From Planctomycetota bacterium (lineage in GTDB: Bacteria; Planctomycetota; PLA2; JAEUHO01), in the NCBI GenBank assembly GCA_050248855.1, contig JBFWRP010000003.1, positions 1 through 64,000 of the forward strand: 64,000 nucleotides of DNA, read 5' to 3'. This document shows positions 18,835 to 29,800 of the stretch, piece after piece. The notes beneath the pieces are model-generated. The model worked only from the letters and a program-made list of their open reading frames with translations. It ran no database searches and was not told the DNA's origin. The translations under genes and the position numbers were made by a program. Position 1 is the stretch's first letter; each line of letters begins with the position of its first letter.

Positions 18835-19212
18835 ATGCGCAACGTCACCGCCGTCCTCGCCCTCGTCCTGATCGCCCTGGGGGTGGGGCTCTGGCTCGGC
18901 ACGGGCCGGGAGAGCCTGACGGCCCTGATTCCGGCCTTCCTGGGCCTGGGCTTCGCCATCGCCGCCGCGGTGGCCTCCACACCGACCCGGCGCAAGCACG
19001 CCATACATGCGGCCGCCGTGCTCGCCCTGGTCGGCATCGGTGGGGGGGCGATGGGCGTGCCGTCTCTCGTGAAGCACCTGCAGGGGGAGGCCATCGAGCG
19101 GCCGGCCGCGGCCTGGGGCCGTTCCGTGCTGGCCCTGCTCTGCCTCGTCTACCTCGTGCTGGCGGTGCGCTCCTTCGTCCGTGCGCGGCGAGCCCGGACT
19201 TCCGGGGCCTGA
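18835..19212 (+). CDS. Small 4-TM membrane protein
   Basis: ATG after GGAGG; SLTALIPAF.G, RKHAIHAA, C..YL.L.VRSFV.ARR. Confidence 0.75.
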   Translation: MRNVTAVLALVLIALGVGLWLGTGRESLTALIPAFLGLGFAIAAAVASTPTRRKHAIHAAAVLALVGIGGGAMGVPSLVKHLQGEAIERPAAAWGRSVLALLCLVYLVLAVRSFVRARRARTSGA

Positions 19213-19356
19213 CTCGCGAGCGCATGTTTTCTCGCGACTTCGCGGTCAAGGACAAGGGCCACTTGCGATGGGTGGGGTGACGCACGTCACCGACCCTAGG
19301 CCCCGGACGGTGACTCGGGCTTGCCCGGATGCGCAGTGGGGTCTGGAGTCCTCCCC

Positions 19357-20007
19357 ATGTCCGCTTCCCTCCTCCGCTCCGCCTCGCTCTTCGCTTGCTT
19401 CGCCCTCGCTGCCTGCGGCGGCGGCGGTGGCAACGACGAAGGCCCGATCGAGCTGACCATCGAGAGCACTGCCAACCTGGACGGTGGCACGACCTTCAAC
19501 AACAACGGCAGCACGAACCTCGGCTCGGCGAGCTCCGCTCCCCTCGTGGGCGACGGCGTGTTCGTCGCCAGCGGCGGCACGCTCAACTACAACGCCTTCT
19601 GGTCGTTCGACATCAGCGCGATTCCGTCGGGCGCCACCATCGACTCGGCCATCCTGCGCCTCTTCCAGGCCGGCACGGCCAATGCCCCGACGGCCGCGTT
19701 CGCCCTCGCCCGTCTGGACCACGTCAACTACGGCGCGATCTTCCCGGCCACCAGCGGAGCGTTCTCCCTGCTCACGGCGGACATCGCGCAGCTGACGGAC
19801 CTCGACACGTTCAACGTCCCCAAGCCCCTCGACGTGACGTCGGCCGTGCAGAGCGACGTCGACGCGAGTCGCCCTCGCTCGCAGTTCCGCATGCGTCCCG
19901 CGATCGCCTCCAACAACGACGCGGCCGCGGACTTCATGGTCATGACGGACGGCGAGACGGCCAACGCCGCCAACCGCCCCATGCTGATCATCACCTACTC
20001 GGAGTAG
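19357..20007 (+). CDS. Lipoprotein with DNRLRE-like beta domain
   Basis: Lipobox LAAC; FDISAIPSGATIDSAILRL and PMLIITY. Confidence 0.7.
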   Translation: MSASLLRSASLFACFALAACGGGGGNDEGPIELTIESTANLDGGTTFNNNGSTNLGSASSAPLVGDGVFVASGGTLNYNAFWSFDISAIPSGATIDSAILRLFQAGTANAPTAAFALARLDHVNYGAIFPATSGAFSLLTADIAQLTDLDTFNVPKPLDVTSAVQSDVDASRPRSQFRMRPAIASNNDAAADFMVMTDGETANAANRPMLIITYSE

Positions 20008-22438
20008 CGCCCTCGGCGTGCCCGCCCTCGAGCTCCGGCGAGGGCGGGTCCGCATCCTCCGACCACGCGGCCTCGAGCTCGGCGATCCCCTTCAGGAGGA
20101 TCGTCGCAAACGAGCTCGGGGCCGCGGCCCGTTTTGCGCGATCGCTTGCGCGCGCTGCAGCGCCCACCGCATCGGCACGCGCCTTCTCGGCCTCTTCGGG
20201 CCGCGCCAAGGCCCACGCCGCGTCCATCCGCATGCGCTGCATGACATGCAGGGTGAGCCGGTCGAAGGCCTCGCGGCTGTCCGGCTCACGTTCGAACACG
20301 GGCGCGAGGACGGCCTCCGCCTGCTCGAAGCTGGCGCGCGCGCCCTCGAAGTCGCCCCCGAACCACGCGGCTTCCGCTCGTCCTCCCCAGGCATCCGCGA
20401 GCCGCACGTAGGCCAGGAACGAGGCCCGCGGATCGGCCGTGAGCACCGTGTGCACGGAGATCGCGTCGTCCCAGGCCCGAACGGCCTCCGCGTACCTCTT
20501 CTCGTAGTAGTAGGCCCACGCCCTCAGCGTGTGGCCGAGGACCTCGCGCGGAAGCCGGCCACTGTCGTAGAAGCGCTGGATCGCGTCGGCTTGGGCGCGC
20601 GCGTCCTCGAAGCGCTTCTCGTCGATCGCCAGGCGCCCGAGGGTTGCCCGGGTCTCCACCTCCAAGGCGTCCGCCTCCGGGTTGGCAGGCTCGCCGGGCC
20701 GGCCCAACAGGTCGTCGAGGGCAGCCTGCAGCAGCGCACGGCGACGCTCGACGCGCTCCGGGTCGCGAAGCTGCGGGCGGACCTGGGCCCGCTGCGCTTC
20801 CTGGAACAGCAGCTGCGCGCGCTTCGTGCGTGCCTGGGCCAAGAGCAGGCGTGCCTCCTCGGAGTCGGGTCGTTCACGGCGCATCCGCTCGGCGATCGCC
20901 AACGCGCGGTCGTAGCTGACGGCGGCTTCCCCCTCCTTGTGCAAGTGCATGAAGTTCTTGTTGCCCAGGGCATCGCCGAGCCGCAGGAGCGCGTTCACCA
21001 GGAGCGTCTGCACGCGGGGATCGCTGCCGCCGATGCGCTCGAGGACGGCGACATCCTCGAGCACCCGGTCGAGCATCTCCTTCACCCGCTCGGCACCGTC
21101 CGCGGACGCCATCAGACGAGGGGCCGCCTCGGCCGTGCTCTCGACGTTGCGCTCGAGCAGGGCTTCGAAGAGCCGCTGCTGACGGCTGCGTGCCTCCTCG
21201 GCCGCCAGCTGCTCACGCAGGGCCTTCTGCTCCGACTCGTCGGAACGGACGGCCCATGTCACCGAGATGGCGGCGGCCGCCACGGTCACGAGCGCGATCG
21301 CGGCCGCGGCCGTGACCAACGCGCGGTGCCGGCGTGCGAAGAGCCGCAGCTGGCGCCAGGGGCCCGGGGCACGTGCGCGGACGGGCAGGTGACCCAACCA
21401 GCGCTGGAGATCCTCGCCGAGTGCATCGACCGAGGCGTAGCGGTCCTCGGGATCCTTGGCCAGGGCCGTCAGCGCGATGGCGTCAAGGTCTTCGTCGAGG
21501 TCGTGCCTGCGCCGCGAAGGGCGCTCGGGTTCCTGCTCGCACACGCGGCGCGCCGACCCCACCACGTCCTTGCTGTCGACGGCAATGGGCAGCTCCCCCG
21601 TGAGCAGCTCGTAGAGGACGACGCCCAGGGCGTAGACGTCGGCGCGCACGTCCCCTGCCTCGCCACGCACCCGCTCGGGGCTGAGCCAGGGCAGCGTGCC
21701 GACGACGTGCAGCGCGGCCGTCTGCCGTTCCGCGCCCGGCGCGCCTTCGAGCGACGTGGCGACGCCGTAGTCGATCACCTTGATGCGGCCCTCGTGGTCC
21801 ACGAGCAGGTTCTCGGGCTTGAGGTCGCGGTGCAGGATCCCGCGCTGGTGACCGTGCCGCACGGCCTCGCACACCGACGCCAGCAGCCGCACGCGGCCCC
21901 GTACGTCGAGGCGCCGGGCGTCGGCGTGCTGCACGAGGGGTGTGGCCCCGGGGACGAACTCCATCGCGAACCACGGCACCCGCCGTCCTGCCGCATCCGT
22001 GGCGAAGCCGGCGGCGTGCAAGTGGGCGATGCCCGGATGACGCAGCACGGCGAGGGACTCGATCTCGCGCACGAAGCGCGCTTGGGCACTGGCGTCGTGG
22101 ACGGTCGTGGCCAGGACCTTCAGCGCGACATCGCGCTTGGGGTTCAGCTGGCGGGCGCGGTAGACGGTGCCCATGCCGCCGTGCCCGATGACTTCGAGCA
22201 GCTCGTAGCCGTCGATGGACGGACGGAACGCCTCCGACAGCGCGGTCGAGGCGCCCTCCGGGGAGGCCTCCAGGAACTCGTCGGCCTCGCGCCCCGCCGC
22301 GAGCACTGCGCGCGCTTCCTCGAGCAGGGCGGGGTCTTCGCCGAGCGTCTCGGCCAGCAGCGCGTCGGCGGCCTCCGGCGGCAGGTCGGCCGCGGCCTCC
22401 ACGGCCCGCGTCATGCGGAGCCAGGCCTCACGCTCCAT
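19991..22438 (-). CDS. Membrane Ser/Thr protein kinase with C-terminal TPR-like repeats
   Basis: GHGGMGTVY, VALK, HRDLKPEN, DYG, TM helix; start overlaps the ECF stop (ATGGAGCGTGA). Confidence 0.92.
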   Translation of the reverse strand: MEREAWLRMTRAVEAAADLPPEAADALLAETLGEDPALLEEARAVLAAGREADEFLEASPEGASTALSEAFRPSIDGYELLEVIGHGGMGTVYRARQLNPKRDVALKVLATTVHDASAQARFVREIESLAVLRHPGIAHLHAAGFATDAAGRRVPWFAMEFVPGATPLVQHADARRLDVRGRVRLLASVCEAVRHGHQRGILHRDLKPENLLVDHEGRIKVIDYGVATSLEGAPGAERQTAALHVVGTLPWLSPERVRGEAGDVRADVYALGVVLYELLTGELPIAVDSKDVVGSARRVCEQEPERPSRRRHDLDEDLDAIALTALAKDPEDRYASVDALGEDLQRWLGHLPVRARAPGPWRQLRLFARRHRALVTAAAAIALVTVAAAAISVTWAVRSDESEQKALREQLAAEEARSRQQRLFEALLERNVESTAEAAPRLMASADGAERVKEMLDRVLEDVAVLERIGGSDPRVQTLLVNALLRLGDALGNKNFMHLHKEGEAAVSYDRALAIAERMRRERPDSEEARLLLAQARTKRAQLLFQEAQRAQVRPQLRDPERVERRRALLQAALDDLLGRPGEPANPEADALEVETRATLGRLAIDEKRFEDARAQADAIQRFYDSGRLPREVLGHTLRAWAYYYEKRYAEAVRAWDDAISVHTVLTADPRASFLAYVRLADAWGGRAEAAWFGGDFEGARASFEQAEAVLAPVFEREPDSREAFDRLTLHVMQRMRMDAAWALARPEEAEKARADAVGAAARASDRAKRAAAPSSFATILLKGIAELEAAWSEDADPPSPELEGGHAEGATPSR

Positions 22439-23009
22439 CGGTACTCGACTGGAGGCGCAGGCGAAGCCAGCCGCGCGCCATCGTCCAGCGGCGGTGGACT
22501 TGCCGGACCGTCATGCCCAGCGTGCGGCCGGCTTCGTCCAGGGTGAGCCCACCGAAGTAGCGCAGCTCGACGATGGACAGCAGCTCGGGGTCGTTCTCGC
22601 CCAGCTCCTGCAGGGCCTCGTCCAAGGCCAAGACGTCCGTGGCATCGCCCGTGTCAGGTGCCGCGAGACCCTCGGCGAGCGGCTCGGCGCGTTGCTGCTG
22701 GCGCTTCTTGGCCAGCCGACGGCGCGCGTGATCGACGAGGACGAAGCGCATGGCGCGGGCAGCGGCGCGCACGAAGTGCTGGCGGTCCTGCCAGCGGTCG
22801 CCGGCGCCCGGGGCCAGCTTCATCCAGGCTTCGTTGAGCAGGGCCGTGGTCTGGAGCGTATGGCCGGGGCGTTGCCGCGACATGTGGCGGTGCGCGACCG
22901 CATGCAGCTCGTCGTGGAGCAGATCGAGGAGCTTCTGGGCGGCGGTCGGATCCCCCGCGCCGAGGCGGTCCAGCAAGCTCTCCACACCGTCCGGCTCGCG
23001 GTCCTCCAT
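22428..23009 (-). CDS. ECF sigma factor, TIGR02999-type
   Basis: GHTLQTTALLNEAW, AMRFVLVDHARR, VELRYFGGLT..E, W..ARGWL. Confidence 0.9.
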   Translation of the reverse strand: MEDREPDGVESLLDRLGAGDPTAAQKLLDLLHDELHAVAHRHMSRQRPGHTLQTTALLNEAWMKLAPGAGDRWQDRQHFVRAAARAMRFVLVDHARRRLAKKRQQQRAEPLAEGLAAPDTGDATDVLALDEALQELGENDPELLSIVELRYFGGLTLDEAGRTLGMTVRQVHRRWTMARGWLRLRLQSSTDGA

Positions 23010-23110
23010 CGCCCCGAGCATACGAAAGACCGCTCGGGGTCGCGGCGCCGGGATCGCCGGCGGTACAGTCGGAGCCCCGGGGCGGGACGGGACCCGCCGG
23101 GAGGGGCGCC

Positions 23111-23545
23111 ATGCGGCTCAGGGTCTTGCGGGGATCGGTCCTGGTCCTGGCCACGGCGTGTCTGGCGCTCGTCGCGACAGGCTGCGGATCCGACGAGGAC
23201 GACGTGGCAGAGCGCGGCCTCGGGGACTACTCCGTGCTGGACGCCAGCCGCGCGTATCACGGGCGTGCCGCGCTCGTGATGAAGCCGGCTGTCGTGCGCA
23301 GCGACCCCGTCTACGCCCTCATCGCCGAGTACCAGCAAGTTCGCAGCGAAGGACTCCGCGACACCGAGCCGCGCTACCACTTGCTGATGAACAAGGCCTC
23401 GCAGCGCTTTCGAGACGCCGTAGCCGCCATGGCGCGCGCGCTCGGCCATGACTACGTGGGTGAAGCCGGCACGGTCGAGGCGGCGCGCGACGGTGTCGCA
23501 CCGCCCCCCGACCGTACCGACGAGGTGCTCGCGCGGCTCAGGTGA
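23111..23545 (+). CDS. Hypothetical lipoprotein
   Basis: ATG after GGAGGGG; lipobox ATGC. Confidence 0.6.
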   Translation: MRLRVLRGSVLVLATACLALVATGCGSDEDDVAERGLGDYSVLDASRAYHGRAALVMKPAVVRSDPVYALIAEYQQVRSEGLRDTEPRYHLLMNKASQRFRDAVAAMARALGHDYVGEAGTVEAARDGVAPPPDRTDEVLARLR

Positions 23546-23569
23546 GCCGCGCGTCGGCGCACGCGCCGT

Positions 23570-24040
23570 CTAGTTGGGCATCTCCAGGTCGTCGATGACG
23601 GCGGCCCAGAGATCGCCGTACGCACCCGGAGGGGGCGTAGGGGCAACGATGTCCTTGGCCTTCTGCAAGGCCTCGGCAACCTTCTGACAGGCTGCCACGG
23701 GATCGCCAACTTCCGTCTGGCGCGCCTTGTTGTAGATCGCCTGCACGACGTTGAACTGCGTCAGCGGCTCGATGCGCGGCGGTACCATCGTGGTGGCTTG
23801 GTCGACCAGATCGAAGATCTCGTCCAGCATCTGGATGGCTTGCGCGCCCTCGCACTCGTGCTTGGGCCACGTCCCCTCTGGCCTCTCCATGACCTCGGGC
23901 AGCTGCGAAGGCGGCACGCCCAGCGGTCCGCGCTCGCCCTTCTCGGGGGCACACTCCGGCGGCAAGGCGAAGTGCCCGATGAGGAAGCCGAGGATCAGCC
24001 CCAGCAGGAGCATGAGCAGGTTCTTGGTGGTCTCGTTCAT
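23570..24040 (-). CDS. Small membrane-anchored hypothetical protein
   Basis: ATG after GGGAGG; N-terminal TM LLMLLLGLILGFLIG; helical C-terminus with three Cys. Confidence 0.65.
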   Translation of the reverse strand: MNETTKNLLMLLLGLILGFLIGHFALPPECAPEKGERGPLGVPPSQLPEVMERPEGTWPKHECEGAQAIQMLDEIFDLVDQATTMVPPRIEPLTQFNVVQAIYNKARQTEVGDPVAACQKVAEALQKAKDIVAPTPPPGAYGDLWAAVIDDLEMPN

Positions 24041-24170
24041 GGTGGCGCCCTCCCATCGGAAGTCCCGACGAAGGTGCCGGTCCGTCCGCGCCAAGCGTGC
24101 CCTCCGGGCACGCTTGGCTTCAGGCTGCCACCGGGCGGAAGTCCCGGTCAAGGGGCCGGTGACTTCGCGC

Positions 24171-26801
24171 TCACCTCGGGCCTGCTGTTGGCCCGCCGCG
24201 GGCCAGATCGCCCAAGGCCATCCACATCAGGAAGCTCGCGTCGTCCCACGTGGCCCCGCGGCGGGCCGCGGCCGTGTCAGGCCACGTCACCCAGGCACTG
24301 CGGGACTGCCACCCGCCATCGGGCTCCGCCGTCCAGCGCGCGCCTGGACCGGACCGCGGTGCGATCAGCACCTCGCCTCGGCCGGGGTCCTCGGGCGCCG
24401 TGAAGGTGATGTCCGCCCCGGGCGTGCGGCGCAGGACGACGTCGCCCCCGAGCGTGCCGCGCGCCGCGGCGACACGTCGCGTGGCCGGGTCCATCGAGGC
24501 CCAGCCGCGCCGGTCCGTGGCATCCACGTGCACCTGCACCGCGTCCTCGTCCCACGTCACGTACGCCGCGGCCCGAACGTCCTGCTCCGCGGGCAGCAGG
24601 AGGTCGTGCGTGCCGACGAAGCGAGGGTCCGGGGGTGCGTCGTCCGTCGGGGCCCGCGCGGACTGGCGTTGGTCCGCAGGCACGGCGAGGCCTGCCGCAC
24701 GCCACGCCGGCGCGAGCTGCCAGCTCGCGGCCGTCGTACGCCACGTGTACGCGCGTACGGCCAGCTCCCCCGACGTGGGTCCTCCACGCGCCGCGAACCC
24801 CGCGGGCGTCCAACGTTCGAGCCACGCGGCCGCCGTGCCCGACTCCTTCCCGGGCGCGGCGCGAGCGCGTGCGACCGACGACGTCGTCAGATGCGTGAAG
24901 TCGTAGGCGCTCTCGTCCCCCTCGGGCCGGGGGATCGCCAGGGCCAGCACCATCTCCACACCCAGGGGATCGTCGACCAGGGGCCAGGGACCCACATGGG
25001 TCCAAACAGGGGAACGCGGCTCGAGGCGCGAGGTGACCCCCTCCTCCCGTGGGAACAGCACCGTCACGCCGCAGGCGGCATCCACGCTGACGAGCCCCAG
25101 GTCGACGGCCACGGGGCCCGCGTTGCGCACGCGCAGACCCAAGAGCGTGCCGGGCAGCTCGTCGCGGTCCTGTTCGAACGGTCGCCCGGCCTCCCACTCC
25201 GCGTCGGAGACCGGATAGCGATCGAACCAGCGGAGCTCGACGCGGAGTCCTTCCGGCAGGTCCGGCAGACGCCTCGGCTCGGCGAGCGCACGCAGCGACT
25301 CGGCACGCAGCACGGTCTCCAGCGCGCCCGGTAGCTCGAACGCACGAACCGACAGCGTGGGCCCCACGCCCGCCTCGCGTCGGGCCAAGAGCACCTGGCC
25401 GTCCTCGCTCCATGCGCGCCAGCTCGCGTCCTCCGGGCCCACGGTCCGGAAGCGAGTACCGTCCTTCAAGGCCAGCACGGCATCGAGCTGCCGACGGGCC
25501 GCCGCGTCGAGCCCCTCGATGTCCAGGGACAGGCTTGTCGAGGGGATCCCCGCGCCTTCCAGCTTGGCTCCGAACGGCCCGTTGCCCACCAGGGCCGTCC
25601 CGCTCGTCTCCAGCCAGGCGCTCAGCGCGCTCGCAGCCGTCACGGTGGCCGTGCAGAGCTTCGCTTCGTCCTCGCCCAGGCGGCCCGGCGGGAACAAGGC
25701 GATGCGTGCGCCCTCCTCGATCCCGCGCAACGAGCCGGCGTCCAAGCGCAGCACGCCGTCTTCCCGCACGGCCTGGAGCGGCGGCGTGGCCAGACGCTCG
25801 TCGCGCGCCACGCGCATCGAGAGATCGCCCTCCGCGAAGGGGCTGGCCGAGCCGTACGGTTGCGCTCGATAGGCAGCCACCAGCAAGGCCTGCAGCTCGG
25901 CCACGGTCAGGCCGGCGCCGTGGCGTTGCAACGCACGCACGACGTGCCACGTCAGCAGACCGTGCCAGCGGCGATCGGGTGCACGCGAGTCGAGGGGCAA
26001 GCGCATCTCGGGAGCGCGCTGCCACGAGCGGGCTGCGTACACGGCGGCGATGCCCGAGAGGCCGCGAGAACCCGCCTCCTCGGGCGCCGTCGTGTCCGGA
26101 AGCTGATCGGGCCGTGTCGGCAAGCCGAGCACCTCCGGCGCGACCTCGCGCGTACGCACGGTCGGGTCGCGCGAGAGCGTGCCGGAGTGGCAGCAGTCGA
26201 AGAGCGCGAGCACGGTCGCGCCGGCGTCGACCAAGGCACGCAGCCTGGCGTGCAGCTCGTCGTCGGTGATCGCCCCCGGTAGCCCCCCCGAGCGCCCGAT
26301 GAGGGCGGCGGCATCGGCAGTCAACAGGACCTCGTCGAGTCCATCGTCTTCGTCGCCCTCGCGGTCGGGCTGCCGCGTCCCATGGCCGGCGAACTGGAAG
26401 AGGACGCGGTCGCCGGGTCGGACCTGCGACGCCAGATGGTCCAGCGCCGCCAGCACGTTGGCGCGGGTCGGTCGCTCGGACGCCTGTTCGGGCCAGCCCA
26501 CCAGCTTGCGCATGTTCTCGTGCGGAACGCCGAGGTAGTCGTGCAGCGTTCGAGCGAGCAGGTGCACGTCCTCGGCGGGGCCCTTGAGACGGATCTTCTG
26601 CTCGTAGTAGGCCGCGTTCGCAGCCGTTTTCAGGCCGGGGTACTCCGTGCACCCGACCAGGAGCGCAAACGTGCGATCGCGCGCCTCCACATGGTCCGGG
26701 GGCGGCGGCACGTCCGACTCCCAACGCGGCCACGCGAGCCAGACCCCTGCGCCGAGGACCCCCGCAACCACGACCCCGAGGGTCCACGTTCGACGCTTCA
26801 C
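24171..26801 (-). CDS. Caspase family (peptidase C14, metacaspase-like) protein with N-terminal anchor and DUF4384-like domain
   Basis: ALLVGCTEY, LKGP..DV, FAGHG (His), EDDGLDEVLL, DCCHSG (Cys). Confidence 0.88.
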   Translation of the reverse strand: MKRRTWTLGVVVAGVLGAGVWLAWPRWESDVPPPPDHVEARDRTFALLVGCTEYPGLKTAANAAYYEQKIRLKGPAEDVHLLARTLHDYLGVPHENMRKLVGWPEQASERPTRANVLAALDHLASQVRPGDRVLFQFAGHGTRQPDREGDEDDGLDEVLLTADAAALIGRSGGLPGAITDDELHARLRALVDAGATVLALFDCCHSGTLSRDPTVRTREVAPEVLGLPTRPDQLPDTTAPEEAGSRGLSGIAAVYAARSWQRAPEMRLPLDSRAPDRRWHGLLTWHVVRALQRHGAGLTVAELQALLVAAYRAQPYGSASPFAEGDLSMRVARDERLATPPLQAVREDGVLRLDAGSLRGIEEGARIALFPPGRLGEDEAKLCTATVTAASALSAWLETSGTALVGNGPFGAKLEGAGIPSTSLSLDIEGLDAAARRQLDAVLALKDGTRFRTVGPEDASWRAWSEDGQVLLARREAGVGPTLSVRAFELPGALETVLRAESLRALAEPRRLPDLPEGLRVELRWFDRYPVSDAEWEAGRPFEQDRDELPGTLLGLRVRNAGPVAVDLGLVSVDAACGVTVLFPREEGVTSRLEPRSPVWTHVGPWPLVDDPLGVEMVLALAIPRPEGDESAYDFTHLTTSSVARARAAPGKESGTAAAWLERWTPAGFAARGGPTSGELAVRAYTWRTTAASWQLAPAWRAAGLAVPADQRQSARAPTDDAPPDPRFVGTHDLLLPAEQDVRAAAYVTWDEDAVQVHVDATDRRGWASMDPATRRVAAARGTLGGDVVLRRTPGADITFTAPEDPGRGEVLIAPRSGPGARWTAEPDGGWQSRSAWVTWPDTAAARRGATWDDASFLMWMALGDLARGGPTAGPR

Positions 26802-26850
26802 GGTCTGCCCTCCGCTCGGAGGAGCGTAGCCTCGGCGACTTGGCGATGCA

Positions 26851-29800
26851 GTGGGGTACGATCCGGGACGACGCGGGCCCGGGGGGGCAGCCTTGCGCTT
26901 GCAGTCCGGCCAACGCTTCGCCGACCTCCTCGTCGAAGACGAGATCGGCAGCGGTGCGTTCGCGACGGTCTACCGTGCCCGCGACGAGGTGATCGGCCGA
27001 CGCGTGGCGCTCAAGGTCGTGGAGCGGGACCGCGGGCCCGAGGGTGAGCGCCGTGCGCGGTCCGTCTTGCGCGAGGCCCGCCTGATGGGGGCCTTGTCCA
27101 GTCCCCACGTCGTCACGCTCTACCGGCTGCACGTGGCCGACGACGAGTCACTCGTGTTCGAGATGGAGCTCTTGGACGGCGGGACGCTCGAGCAGCGCCT
27201 TGCCGAGCAGGGCCAGCTTGGCGAATCGGAGATCCGCTACGTCGTTCGCGGCGTGTTGGCCGCACTTGCTGCCGCGCACGACCAAGGCGTGCTCCATCGC
27301 GACGTCAAGCCCGCCAATGTCCTGCTCGGATCCGGCGGGGCCGTGAAGCTGGCCGACTTCGGGTTGGGCCATCTGATCGGCCAGGAGTCGCTCTCCTCCC
27401 AGGAGGGATCGCGACTGGCGGGGACGCCCGCCTACATGGCGCCGGAGGTGTTCGCGGGGCGGCCGGCGAGCCAGGCGTCGGACTTGTGGAGCGTCGGTGC
27501 GCTCCTCTACCGTCTGTTGGCCGGTCGCTTGCCGTTCCCGGCCGGCAGCCTGGCCGAGCTCTATGTCGCCCTTGCGGAGCGCGAGCCCGCGCCGCTGGAC
27601 CCCCACGTGCCCGTCGACCTCGCCGCGCTGTGCCGCGCATGCCTGCGGCGCCAACCCGAGGACCGTCCACCGAGCGCGCAAGCCGCCTTGGACCTGCTCG
27701 ACGGCTCGCCTGACGTGTCCCGCAGGATCGAGCCGCCGTCGCCACCCGGTGCCCGGGGCGGTACGCCGCACCGGCCCCAGCTGTTTGGCCGCGAGACGGA
27801 GCTCGCCGCCCTGACACGCTTCGCCGAGAGGGTCGTCCATGACAGGACGGGTGGTTTGGCGTGGATCAGCGGCCGTCTTGGCGCCGGCAAGAGCTCGGTT
27901 CTGGCCGCCGCGGGCGAGCAGGGGCGGCGCCTGGGCATGCTCGTCCTGTCGGTACCGCTGGCGACGTCCGGTGGGCTTCGTCGCGCCTTGGCGCGTGCGG
28001 CCCGCTCGAAGGGCGCCATGTCCGCGCCTGGCGAGCTGCCGTCCCCCCCGAGTGACCTGCTCGCCCTGCTGACGTCAGGCGAGGCGGAGCAGGCCGAGCC
28101 GACACGCTTCGCGTGGACGCTGGAGCGCGTCCTGCGCGAGCTGTCGGAAGCCGCGCCGCTGCTCGTGCTCCTCGACGACGTGCACATCGTCGACGTGGAG
28201 GACCTGCGCCTGCTCCAGGAGGTCGTGAAGCACCTGGCCGACGCCCCCGTCGCCGTGATCGCCGCCGCGACCGACACCGACCTGGAAGCCTCCACGGTGC
28301 ATGACGCGGACTGGTGGATGGCGCTGCGCGATCTGCAGAAGCAGGCCGGATCGGAGGTGATCCGGCTTGCGGCCCTCTCGCCCGAAGCCCTGCATGCGCT
28401 CCTGGAGCGGGAGGCCGGGTCCACTCCCCTCGGCGTCAGCATGCTCGACGTCGTGCTGCGGAAGGCCGAAGGCAACCCCCTCTACGCACTCGAAGTCTTC
28501 CGGGAGCTCGCCCGTCATGGAGCCACGGCATCGGACTTGAGCCAGAGCGCTCCCGCTCTCGCGGCGGCGGGAGGAGCGGTCCCCCGACACGTGCGCGACA
28601 TCGTGGCCGGCCGTGTCGCGCTGCTGGACGAGAGCGACCGCATGTTGCTGGACGCCGCTGCGGTGGACGGCGTCGAGTTCGACGGTCGGGCGGTCGCGAG
28701 CGTGTTGGGCCGACCTCTCCTGCCGTGCCTGCAGCGCCTGCAAGCCCTGCAGCGCCAGCATGGGCTGGTCGCGGCCGCCAAGGAGGGGTACCGCTTCGCA
28801 CACGTGCTCTATCGCGACGTCATCTACGAGCAGATCGGTGGCGAGCTGCGGCGGGAGGTCCATCGCCTGTTGGCGGAGCACCTGGACCAACGGCGGGCCG
28901 CGGAGCCCGTCGAGCCCCACCGCCTGGGCAGGCACTGGGAGCACGCGGGCCAGCCGGAGCGAGCGCGGCCGTACTTGGCCGAGGCCGCCACGCAGGCCGT
29001 TCTCCGGCAGGAGAACCTCCGTGCGGTCGAGCTGGCGCAGCGGGCGGGGCTCCTGGAGCTCTCGGCGAATGACGCGATCCAAGCGCATGCCGATCTGCTG
29101 ATCGGTTTGGCCGGATGCTTGGCCGACCTCGGCCGGCGCGACGAGTCCGAGCGATTGCTGCGTACGCTCTCCGAAGCGGCCGCGGCAGCGGGCAACGAGG
29201 AGCTGACCCTGCGCGCCTACGTCGTGGATGCCGAGCTTCGCCGTCAGCACGCGGGCCCCAAGGAGCTGGACCCCGAGCGCCTGGTCGACGCAGCGGAGCG
29301 CCTTCCCGAAGGGCGCGAGCGTGGGTTGGCCCTGCTCTGTCTCGCACGCTTCGAGCTGACGCGGCGCGGACGAGCCGATCTGGCGAGCCCCTTCGCGTGC
29401 CAGGCCGAGGCCGTCTTCCGTGCCTGCGGCGAGGACGTGTTGCTCTGCACGACAGTGGCCGTGCGCGCCACCGTCGCGCGCGCGCTGGGTCATGCGGATG
29501 ACGCGGAGATCCTCTGGAAGACGGCTGCCGACCTCGCACGGCGGCTTGGTCGGCGCACGAGCGCGGCCGTGGCCGAAGTGAACTTGGCGCACCTGAGGTT
29601 CCTGAAGGGCACGGTCGAGGGCGTGGCGGGCATCTACGAGAGGGCGCAGCGCGTGTTCGCCCTGTCCGGCTTGGACGAGCGCGCCGCCCACACGGGCGTG
29701 CACCTCGCTCGCGTGTACGAGGGGGAGGGGCGACTGGCCGATGCGCGACGCGCCACGCAGGCAGCGATCGCCGTCTTGGATGCCAGTGGATCGTCGGCCA

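Noticed and set aside
20018..22546. Long antisense ORFs (also 42529..44946, 14926..16806, 34070..35833)
   Set aside because: Typical stop-poor shadow frames of high-GC coding DNA with no motifs
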